Shown here one piece after another: positions 29,079 through 37,440 of a stretch of 64,000 bases of DNA. A program made the position numbers and the translations under genes. The notes beneath the pieces are model-generated. The model was not told where the DNA came from. It was given only the letters and a program-made list of their open reading frames with translations, and did no database searches. Position 1 is the first letter of the stretch; the number at the start of each line of letters is the position of its first letter. The DNA is from Candidatus Krumholzibacteriota bacterium. Its GTDB lineage: Bacteria > Krumholzibacteriota > Krumholzibacteriia > JAJRXK01. Location of the stretch: NCBI GenBank assembly GCA_963727455.1, contig CAVSGG010000005.1:529538-593537 (forward strand), in the 5' to 3' direction.

Positions 29079-31188
29079 GATGCGCGCGCGCGGTCCACTC
29101 GCCTTGCTCGTTGCGCTGGGGCTTCTTGCCGGATTGCCAGTCTATGCCCTCGGAAACTCCTTTCTGGTGCTGGGCGGCCACATGTACGGTGTAACGGCGG
29201 ACAAGAAACCCTGCCCCGGATTTCAGGCCATCGTGGACAGCCTGCCGCACTACGGTCCCGATGCCTACATTGCTGGAGGGGACTGCACCTTCTCCGGAGC
29301 TCCCGCCGAATGGGACAGCCTGGAAGCCACCTACGCCGGGAAGTGGAGCTTCCCCTTCGTGCCTGTGCTGGGCAATCACGACAGCGAGAACTTGGTCGAG
29401 TGGTATTCGCGATGGGGGGACGACACCTGGCGCAGCGACTACGATTCGACGCGAGTGCTCTTTCTGTGGTCCTCGCAGTCCCCCAACGGAAACCCCGACC
29501 AAGAGCATTTTGATTTCATCGTCAACGAGCTGGCACAGGCTGCCAGCGATCCCAGCGTCAGCGATCTTCTGATCGTGCAGCATCACTTGGCTTGGGTGAA
29601 GACGCACCCGCGCTACGAGGTCATTCGCCAGATGGGGAACGCCTGGTACGACGAGTTCTCCAGCCGAGGCTATGATGTAAACGGGTTCTTCGACGAGATC
29701 TGGCCGCACATCAAGGCGGTGGCGCAGGTCAAACCGGTGACGATGTACTGCGGGGATACCGGCTATACCATTCTGAACCCAGCGATCTTCTATGACGTAC
29801 TCGATGGAGTCACCCTCGTATCCTGCGGCTATCACGCCAGCGGTAATCCGAGTGGAGACGCGGTGATCTTCTATCGTTCGAGTGGGGGACAGGTCTCCCT
29901 CCAGCTCTTCTCTCCCTGGGGTACGGACTTCAATTCTCTTACGAGCTATAATTTGGACTACTGGACCGCCAAGCTAGCCGGAGCCAGTGATCCGGTCCCG
30001 ACTGTCACACCGGGACCCGAGCCACCGTTCGTCTCGGATCTCCCTGCGGGGACCTTCGACTTGGGGGACCACATCGATCCGCGCTTCGAAACCTACCAGG
30101 AATCAACGGGATACACGGTAACTCTCTCTCCTTTCGTAATGTCTGTCACCGAGATCACAGTGGCCCAATACCTGGCCTTCTTGAACGATGCGGGGACGAA
30201 CCTCTACGCCGGGTACTCTTGCGTCGACCTCGTCGATGCCCAGTGCCAAATACAGGATATCGGGGGGGTCTATTCCGCCAAGGATTCGGTAAATGTACAG
30301 GAGCCCATCGTAGAGGTGAGTTGGTACGGAGCCCTGGCCTACTGCAACTGGCGAAGCGGGCTGGATGGAACCACCCCGGCCTACGACGGGGTCGCCCCGG
30401 TCCCCGGGAGCGATGGCTGGCGGCTGCCCACCGACGCGGAGTTCGAGTACGCGATGCGCGGGGGCTATGGAGCAACTCCAGGGACACCCGGCTACACGCG
30501 CTTCTGGTGGGGGGATGACTCGTCCGACTACGTGCACGATTACGCCAACTACTATGGAACCGGAGGCGCCGACGTTTGGGAGGGTCTGGCTCCCGTCGGT
30601 TCGTTCCCGCCCAACCTCTTCGGACTGAGAGACATGGCCGGAAACGCCTTCGAGTGGTGCGAGGATCCCTGGACTTGGTCCTATCAGCTCTCGGGCAACG
30701 TGAACGATCCCCTCGAAAGCGGTTCCTTGGGCTACACCCAATACCGCGTGATCCGTGGCGGCGGTTACAATTTCGATTGGGCCGGCTGTCGCAACGGTTA
30801 TCGCAGCGGGGAACTCGCCCATGAAAGCCAGAGCTATATCGGTTTCCGTATCGTACGGTCGGGCAGTGACGTGGTAACGAGTGGACCCCCGGTGACGCGC
30901 ATTTCCACCGCCGTACGCCTGAAGCCGGCCTTCCCGAACCCGTTCAATCCTCGCACGACCCTGCACTACGAGTTGCCTCCGGGTCTCGATACTGCCAGCC
31001 TCTTCATCTACGACGCGCGAGGGAGGCTGGTGCGCCGACTCAGGAGCGGCGGGGGTTGGCCCTCCCAGGGAGACATCGTCTGGGATGGACTGGACGAGAC
31101 GGGGGGAGCGGTGTCGTCAGGGAGCTACTTTGCAACCCTGAGAGCCGGGGGCCAGAGCAGTACGCAGAAGCTGAGCCTCATCCGCTGA
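29071..31188 (+). CDS. Secreted multidomain protein: metallophosphoesterase-like + FGE/SUMF1 domain + FlgD Ig-like C-terminal domain
   Basis: Signal peptide; GD and VLGNHD; TEITVAQY, RLPTDAEFEYA, PNLFGLRDMAGNAFEWC, RVIRGG; FPNPFNPRT..IYDARGRLVR..WDG.D..SSGSYF. Confidence 0.82.
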   Translation: MPRMRARGPLALLVALGLLAGLPVYALGNSFLVLGGHMYGVTADKKPCPGFQAIVDSLPHYGPDAYIAGGDCTFSGAPAEWDSLEATYAGKWSFPFVPVLGNHDSENLVEWYSRWGDDTWRSDYDSTRVLFLWSSQSPNGNPDQEHFDFIVNELAQAASDPSVSDLLIVQHHLAWVKTHPRYEVIRQMGNAWYDEFSSRGYDVNGFFDEIWPHIKAVAQVKPVTMYCGDTGYTILNPAIFYDVLDGVTLVSCGYHASGNPSGDAVIFYRSSGGQVSLQLFSPWGTDFNSLTSYNLDYWTAKLAGASDPVPTVTPGPEPPFVSDLPAGTFDLGDHIDPRFETYQESTGYTVTLSPFVMSVTEITVAQYLAFLNDAGTNLYAGYSCVDLVDAQCQIQDIGGVYSAKDSVNVQEPIVEVSWYGALAYCNWRSGLDGTTPAYDGVAPVPGSDGWRLPTDAEFEYAMRGGYGATPGTPGYTRFWWGDDSSDYVHDYANYYGTGGADVWEGLAPVGSFPPNLFGLRDMAGNAFEWCEDPWTWSYQLSGNVNDPLESGSLGYTQYRVIRGGGYNFDWAGCRNGYRSGELAHESQSYIGFRIVRSGSDVVTSGPPVTRISTAVRLKPAFPNPFNPRTTLHYELPPGLDTASLFIYDARGRLVRRLRSGGGWPSQGDIVWDGLDETGGAVSSGSYFATLRAGGQSSTQKLSLIR

Positions 31189-31201
31189 CGCGCCTCGCAG
31201 C

Positions 31202-32080
31202 CTAGCGGAAGGTGGTCTGTACGTACTCGCTCAGGGCGATGCGCCAGTGTCGCATCGGCGCAAGTCCGATCAGCTTGGCGCGGAGTCCCTCGATTGCCTC
31301 GGAAGCGGGACGGAACGCGGCCAGGGGAAACTGGGCCGAGGAGCAGGGTTGTACCTCACAAGTTTCGATCCCAGCGGCTTTCAGAATTTCCTGCGCCATC
31401 TCGAAGCGCGTACACGATCCCTCGTTCGCGGCGTGGTAAGTGCCGAACCTCTCCGTCGGCAATAGCTCGAGGCAGCGGTGCGCGATGTCCACGGTGTAAG
31501 TGGGGGAACCTGACTTGTCGTCCACCGCCAAGAGGAGCTCGCTGGTGCGCGCGCGTTCGATCATCTTGGCCACGAACTTCTTGTCCTCGGGCCCTCCTCC
31601 GAACATCCAACCCGCGCGAACGAGGTAGTGTTTGGGAACCAGGCGGCGCACCGCTTCCTCACCGAAGTACTTGCTGCGCGCATAGACGCTCACCGGTCCG
31701 GGAGAATCGAACTCGTGATAGGGGAGGTTCTTGTCACCGGGGAATACGCTTCCGGTCGAAACGTAGAGGAGTCCGCAGTCGCGCTCGTGGCAGAGAATGG
31801 CCAGACTCTCGGTGCCCATGGCGTTCACGCGCCAGGCATCCTCCGGCTCACGCTCGCAGTAGTCCACGTCGGTGAGGGCGGCCAGATGGAGCACCCAGTC
31901 GGGCTGGAAGCGATCCAGGGCCCTGGCCAGCTCCTCATGGGAGGTGATATCCAGGCGGTCCTTGGGGTCCTTTTCCAGCTTGGCGATGTCGGTCCCCCAG
32001 GCCTCGTGCCCCGCCGCCTCCGCCGCAGCGCGAAGGTCTCTTCCCATCATACCCCGCGCGCCGGTGATGAGCAGCCTCAT
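31202..32080 (-). CDS. rfbD: dTDP-4-dehydrorhamnose reductase
   Basis: ITGARGMMG, AALTDVDYCE, YARSK, GSPTY. Confidence 0.88.
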   Translation of the reverse strand: MRLLITGARGMMGRDLRAAAEAAGHEAWGTDIAKLEKDPKDRLDITSHEELARALDRFQPDWVLHLAALTDVDYCEREPEDAWRVNAMGTESLAILCHERDCGLLYVSTGSVFPGDKNLPYHEFDSPGPVSVYARSKYFGEEAVRRLVPKHYLVRAGWMFGGGPEDKKFVAKMIERARTSELLLAVDDKSGSPTYTVDIAHRCLELLPTERFGTYHAANEGSCTRFEMAQEILKAAGIETCEVQPCSSAQFPLAAFRPASEAIEGLRAKLIGLAPMRHWRIALSEYVQTTFR

Positions 32081-32329
32081 GGAATCCTCCCAGAAAGTGC
32101 GCTTCTCGGCCCCAACTCGGAGATTAGCAGAGTGCGGGCCAGCTGGCGAGGGGAGAGCTGGGGCCGGTCCGGCACCTTCCGTTCCGGTCAGGCGGGGCCG
32201 AGGGGATCCGCGGCGACGGGACCGGGGCGGGCGGGCTAAGCTCCTCTTGGAAGGGAACTTGCTTGAGCGAAAAGTGTCGCATTGAGCCTCTTGGATTCCT
32301 CCGATTTTCTATGCTATACTGCGGAGGTC

Positions 32330-33442
32330 ATGCGAACCGATATCCAACAGGTACCGTTCCTGGACCTGATGGCCCAAAACGGCCCCCTTCGTGACCAGAT
32401 CAATACCGCGATGGCGCGCGTCATCGACCAGAATGCGTTTATTTTGGGACCTTCGCTGGTTTCCTTCGAAACCGCATTCGCGGATTACTGCGAAGCCGCG
32501 CGCTGCGTTGGCGTCAGCTCGGGCTGTATGGCCCTTCAGCTGATGATGCAGGCGGCCGGGGTTGGACCCGGGGACGAAGTCATCACCGTCCCCAATACCT
32601 TCGTGGCCACGGTCGAGGCAATTCTCGCGGTGGGAGCGACACCCGTGCTCAGCGATGTCGACCCCGAAACCTGGCTCATGGATCCCGCCGCGGTGAAGGA
32701 GAAGATCACTCCGCGTACCAAGGCAATCCTCGCAGTTCACCTCTACGGCATTCCCTGCGATCTCGATGCCCTGCGCGCACTCGCGCAAGCGCATGAGCTC
32801 GTGCTATTGGAGGATGCGGCGCAGGCGCACGGCGCGCGTTGGAAATCGTCTCGCATTGGCAGCAGCAGCACCGCCGCGGCCTTTTCGTTCTACCCGGGGA
32901 AGAACCTGGGAGCGATGGGCGACGGTGGCGCCGTGGTGACGGACGATCCTGATCTGGCCGAGAAAGTGGTGGCGTTGCGCCATCACGGTCAGCTCGAGAA
33001 GAACATCCATAGCCTCGTGGGAACCACCGGGAGACTCGATTCTCTGCAGGCGGCGGTTCTCGAGGTGAAGTTGGCACACCTGGACGACTGGAACGACGGA
33101 CGCCGTCGCGTGGCCAAGCGGTATCGAGAACGACTCGCCGGTACTCGGTATCGGATGCCGCAACCCCCAAAGGGGGCGGAGCCTGTCTATCATCTGTTCG
33201 TGGTCAACCATCCGGAGGTAGAGAAGCTCAGGGAGCTACTGAGGGAGCACCGAATCGGACATGGGGCGCATTACCCCATGGCGGTACACCAGCATCCTGC
33301 TTTCTCTAGCCTAGGTCGCAACGGTGAATTCCCGATTGCCGAAGGGATTTGCAACCACATCGTCTCGCTTCCGATCTTCGCGGAGCTGGACGATGAGATG
33401 GTGGACTACGTCAGTGAGGTGTTGCTGAAGCTCGAATCCTGA
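32330..33442 (+). CDS. DegT/DnrJ/EryC1/StrS sugar aminotransferase
   Basis: VPFLDL, EDAAQAHGA, FSFYPGKNLGAMGDGG, RLDSLQAA; GGAGG RBS. Confidence 0.93.
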   Translation: MRTDIQQVPFLDLMAQNGPLRDQINTAMARVIDQNAFILGPSLVSFETAFADYCEAARCVGVSSGCMALQLMMQAAGVGPGDEVITVPNTFVATVEAILAVGATPVLSDVDPETWLMDPAAVKEKITPRTKAILAVHLYGIPCDLDALRALAQAHELVLLEDAAQAHGARWKSSRIGSSSTAAAFSFYPGKNLGAMGDGGAVVTDDPDLAEKVVALRHHGQLEKNIHSLVGTTGRLDSLQAAVLEVKLAHLDDWNDGRRRVAKRYRERLAGTRYRMPQPPKGAEPVYHLFVVNHPEVEKLRELLREHRIGHGAHYPMAVHQHPAFSSLGRNGEFPIAEGICNHIVSLPIFAELDDEMVDYVSEVLLKLES

Positions 33443-33576
33443 GGCGAACTTCTTGTTTCGGGTTTCGGATGGAGAACCTGTAGAACATCGTGCCTGGTTT
33501 GAAAGGGCCGGGCGCCTGATTCGGGTCGGCCATTGATCACCGTGAAGTGCAGCTCAGCGCAGGGACGGCTCCAGAA

Positions 33577-34302
33577 ATGAAGAAAGACGCGACAGCCTTG
33601 AATCTCGCAACGCTCGAAAAGCAATTGGAAGCGGCGGAAGTCTTCAGTCTTCGCATCGGCAGGCTGGAACAATCACAGCTCCAGTTGGGCGTGAAGCGCG
33701 CGATGGATCTCTTCTTTTCGGCACTGGTGTTGGTGGGGGGAGCTCCGCTCTTTCTCTTCCTCGCCCTCGCCGTGAAGTGCAGCTCGCGCGGCCCGGTATT
33801 TTTCCGGCAAACCCGTTTGGGTAAGAACGGTATCCCTTTTACTTTTTATAAGTTCCGGACGATGCATCATAACAATGATGAATCGGTTCACCGCAGCTTC
33901 GCTCAGAGTTTCATCAACGGAAAGATGGAGAGTCACCAGGGAGGTCGTGTCTTCAAAATGATCAGCGACCCGCGTGTGACTCGCATCGGAACTTTCCTGC
34001 GGCAGAGCAGTCTCGATGAACTCCCGCAGTTCTGGAACATTCTGAAGGGCGAGATGAGCCTCGTCGGGCCGCGACCGCCCATTCATTACGAATTGGATCA
34101 CTATCAGGACTGGCACAAGGATCGCTTGAAAGCCAAGCCGGGACTCACCGGTCTCTGGCAGGTCAGCGGCCGCAGCCGAGTGCCCTTCGACGAGATGGTA
34201 ATGCTGGACTTGCATTACATCACCCATTGGAGTCTCGCGATGGATCTGAGGATCATCTTCAAGACGATTCCCGTGCTCCTGAAGGGAGATGGGGCGTACT
34301 GA
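33577..34302 (+). CDS. Priming sugar transferase (Bac_transf, polyprenyl-phosphate phosphoglycosyl transferase)
   Basis: [44 protein letters not shown]. Confidence 0.93.
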   Translation: MKKDATALNLATLEKQLEAAEVFSLRIGRLEQSQLQLGVKRAMDLFFSALVLVGGAPLFLFLALAVKCSSRGPVFFRQTRLGKNGIPFTFYKFRTMHHNNDESVHRSFAQSFINGKMESHQGGRVFKMISDPRVTRIGTFLRQSSLDELPQFWNILKGEMSLVGPRPPIHYELDHYQDWHKDRLKAKPGLTGLWQVSGRSRVPFDEMVMLDLHYITHWSLAMDLRIIFKTIPVLLKGDGAY

Positions 34303-34353
34303 TCACCCCCGATTCCAAATGCCAGATTTCAGACCCTAAATCGAGGACCACCA

Positions 34354-35391
34354 ATGAGCGCTCCCATTCGCGTTGGTGTCATTGGGGTTGGGTACTGGGG
34401 ACCCAATCTCGTACGAAATTTCTCATCTCTTCCCAATACGCAGTGCGTCTGGGCCGTGGACTTGGACCAAGAGCGCCTGACTCACATGCAGGGGCTCTAT
34501 CCCTCTCTGCAAGTCAGCCAGAGGGCCTCCGACGCGATCGAGGACCCCTCGGTTGACGCTATCGTATTGGCCACCCCCGTGGACAAGCACGAGGAGATCG
34601 CGGTCAAGGCTCTGGACTATGGAAAACACGTCTTCGTGGAGAAGCCGATGGCCACCACGGTGGAGGAGTGTCACCGCATGATCGCCGCCGCCGAGCGTAA
34701 CGGGAAGGTCCTGATGGTGGGGCACACCTTTCTCTATAATTCGGTGGTGCGGAGGATCCGTCAGCTCATCGAGGAAGGCGAGTTGGGAGAGATCTTCTAC
34801 ATCAACATGACCCGCGTGAATCTCGGTCTCTTCCGGGAAGACGTGAACGTCGTCTGGGACCTCGCTCCGCATGACATTTCCATCCTGGGGTACTTGCTCG
34901 ACTCGCATCCTCTGAAAGTTCACGCCACCGGCAACGCATTCGTGCAGCCGGGAATCGAGGACGTGGCTTTCGTGGACCTGGAATACCCAGGTAGCGTGCG
35001 AGCGCATCTCCACGTGAGTTGGCTCGACCCCAACAAGATTCGCCGGGTCACCGTGGTCGGAAGCAGGAAGATGTTGGTCTACGACGACACTTCCAATCTC
35101 GAGAAACTGCGTGTATACGACAAGGGCGTCACCAAGATGCCGCACTACGACAGCTTCGGAGAGTTTCATCTGAGCTACCGTTACGGAGATATCGTCCTGC
35201 CCCGCATCGAAGAGGCCGAACCCCTCAAGACCGAAGCCCAGCATTTCCTTCAGTGCATTCGGGAGGGAAAGAAGCCCTTGAGCGATGGAGCCAATGGCCT
35301 CAAGGTGGTGGAAGTTCTGGAAGCCGCCTGTCGATCCATTACCGACGGCGGCGCGGCCATCGAGTTGAATGGGGTGGGGAGCCCGCGCTGA
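34354..35391 (+). CDS. Gfo/Idh/MocA family oxidoreductase
   Basis: GVIGVGYWGPN, HVFVEKP, WDLAPHD, SWLDPNK. Confidence 0.9.
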   Translation: MSAPIRVGVIGVGYWGPNLVRNFSSLPNTQCVWAVDLDQERLTHMQGLYPSLQVSQRASDAIEDPSVDAIVLATPVDKHEEIAVKALDYGKHVFVEKPMATTVEECHRMIAAAERNGKVLMVGHTFLYNSVVRRIRQLIEEGELGEIFYINMTRVNLGLFREDVNVVWDLAPHDISILGYLLDSHPLKVHATGNAFVQPGIEDVAFVDLEYPGSVRAHLHVSWLDPNKIRRVTVVGSRKMLVYDDTSNLEKLRVYDKGVTKMPHYDSFGEFHLSYRYGDIVLPRIEEAEPLKTEAQHFLQCIREGKKPLSDGANGLKVVEVLEAACRSITDGGAAIELNGVGSPR

Positions 35392-35408
35392 AGTCCCCTA
35401 GCACCAAA

Positions 35409-36530
35409 TTGAGGGTTCGTTTTCTGGCCGATCGCTTGCCTGTGGGAGGTGCAGAGCGGGTGGTCGAATCTCTCTGTCTGGGATTGCGGGAGCAAGGCTT
35501 CGAAACGGCTCTCACAACCTTTCGCGGACTGGGAGAAATTGGAGCACAAATCGCCGAGGCCAAAGTCCCAGTGGAGGGGAAGCTGCTCTCAGAACCCAAG
35601 TCTCCCTTCGCCCTACCCCGACTAATCCAGCATCTGGCGCGCGAGTCCTGTGACTTGCTCTACGTCCTCGATCATGGCAATGCACTCTTCTTGGGCCGGA
35701 TCGCGGCGCGCCTGGCCGGCGTGCCACATCAGGTCTGCGCAGTGCATCGCACGAGAAGAGCTGACGGCAGCCCCAGTCTCAATCTTCTGGATCGAATCCT
35801 GATGCCTCTGTCCGATAAGGTGATCGCGGTAAGCAATCGGCAGGCGAGGTATCTCCAGGAGGAGATGGGAATCTCCCCAGAGCGGGTTTCCGTCATCCAC
35901 AACGGGATCGACACCCGCCGTTTCGCGCCACGTCCTTATGGCGAGGAACGTATCGCGCGCCGTCGAGAACTTGGACTTCCTCTGCAGACTCCTCTGTTGG
36001 CCATCGTTGCTGCTCTGCGTCCCGAAAAGCACCACGAGTTGATTCTGGAGGCTCTGCAGCGCAGCACCCACGCGCCGAGTCCGCACCTATTGATCGTCGG
36101 GGCGGGAGCGCGCGAGTCAGCCATCCGCACCTACGCGGAGAAGCTCGGCGTCAGCGATCGCGTGCACTGGCTGGGGCTGCGCAATGACGTGCCCCAGATT
36201 CTCTCGATCGCCGATCTCCTGGTTCTCTCTTCGCACCCCGTCGTCGAAACCTTCCCGCTCTGTGTCCTGGAGGGGATGGCAGCTCAGCTTCCCGTCGTCT
36301 CCACTCGGGTGGGTTCGATCGAGGAAATGGTGTTGGAAGGCGAGACCGGATTGCTCGTGCCACCCTCCGATGCCCGCGCCCTGGCCAATGCAATCGATCA
36401 GCTCCTTCGCGAACCTGGTCGGGCCAACGCCATGGGAGAAGCCGGCCGCGAGCATGTGTTGCGGAACTTCGATCAGGAGATCATGGTAAAGGCTACGGCA
36501 CGCTTGCTTCGCCGGGTGCTGGCGAGGTAG
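35409..36530 (+). CDS. Glycosyltransferase family 4
   Basis: GGAER, IHNGID, VAALRPEKHH, ETFPLCVLEGMAA; start (TTG 35409 or CTG 35388) uncertain. Confidence 0.85.
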   Translation: MRVRFLADRLPVGGAERVVESLCLGLREQGFETALTTFRGLGEIGAQIAEAKVPVEGKLLSEPKSPFALPRLIQHLARESCDLLYVLDHGNALFLGRIAARLAGVPHQVCAVHRTRRADGSPSLNLLDRILMPLSDKVIAVSNRQARYLQEEMGISPERVSVIHNGIDTRRFAPRPYGEERIARRRELGLPLQTPLLAIVAALRPEKHHELILEALQRSTHAPSPHLLIVGAGARESAIRTYAEKLGVSDRVHWLGLRNDVPQILSIADLLVLSSHPVVETFPLCVLEGMAAQLPVVSTRVGSIEEMVLEGETGLLVPPSDARALANAIDQLLREPGRANAMGEAGREHVLRNFDQEIMVKATARLLRRVLAR

Positions 36531-36552
36531 GAGCGGCAAGGGAGGAACGAAA

Positions 36553-37437
36553 GTGGGGGATGCGTCTCTCGCGAAGTATTTGGAAGAGTTTGCGTGCCGT
36601 CTCCATCCTCGGCTTCTCGCGGCCGTCGAAGCGGAGGACCACGCTCACACCCCCCGTCTGCGGGAGGCTCTTGGCTACACCCTCCTCGCTCCCGGCAAAC
36701 GAATTCGTGCCGCTGTCATCGATCTATGGTCACGTTCCGCCATGGGGGCGGACGAAGATCTCGTGCTGGACGCCGCGACCGCGGTGGAACTGATCCACAG
36801 CGCCTCTTTGGTGCTGGATGACTTGCCCAGCATGGATGACGCGCGCACGCGTCGGGGATTGCCTTGCTGCCATCTGGTCTTTGGGGTTGACACTGCCATC
36901 TTGGTCGCCATCGCCAATCTGGCTCGGGCGTTCGAAATCCTGGGAGAAATCGACGCGAAGAGCCGTCGTCCGAAGCTTACCGCGCTCTTCGCCAGAGCAG
37001 TCGGTGTGAATGGAATGATCGGCGGCCAGCACGTCGATCTCCATCTGGAACAGCAGGAGCGCGATCTTGATACGCTCGAGTACATTCACCGGCACAAGAC
37101 CGGCGAACTCTTCAGTGCGTGTGCGCGCGCCGGAGTTCGCTTGAGCGAGGGAGAGGAACGCCTGGAGGAGATCGCGGCCAACTATGCGCGCAATCTCGGC
37201 CTCGCCTTCCAGATCAAGGACGATCTCCTGGACGCCTTTGGTCATGCGCAGGAAATGGGGAAGGACGCGCGCAAGGATCGGGGCAAAGCGACTTTCGTCA
37301 GCTCCCTGGGAGCCGAGGCCAGCGAGGAGATCATGAACCGACTCTTGGCGACGGCCAAGGAGAGCCTACTCCATCTGCAGAGACCGGATCCGCTTCTGGA
37401 CGAACTCTGTTCCTTCGTCGCCTCCCGAAGGAACTAG
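36553..37437 (+). CDS. Polyprenyl diphosphate synthase, CrtE/GGPP-synthase-like
   Basis: GKRIR, HSASLVLDDLPSMD..RRG, GQHVD, KTG, FQIKDDLLD. Confidence 0.88.
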   Translation: MGDASLAKYLEEFACRLHPRLLAAVEAEDHAHTPRLREALGYTLLAPGKRIRAAVIDLWSRSAMGADEDLVLDAATAVELIHSASLVLDDLPSMDDARTRRGLPCCHLVFGVDTAILVAIANLARAFEILGEIDAKSRRPKLTALFARAVGVNGMIGGQHVDLHLEQQERDLDTLEYIHRHKTGELFSACARAGVRLSEGEERLEEIAANYARNLGLAFQIKDDLLDAFGHAQEMGKDARKDRGKATFVSSLGAEASEEIMNRLLATAKESLLHLQRPDPLLDELCSFVASRRN

Positions 37438-37440
37438 AGC

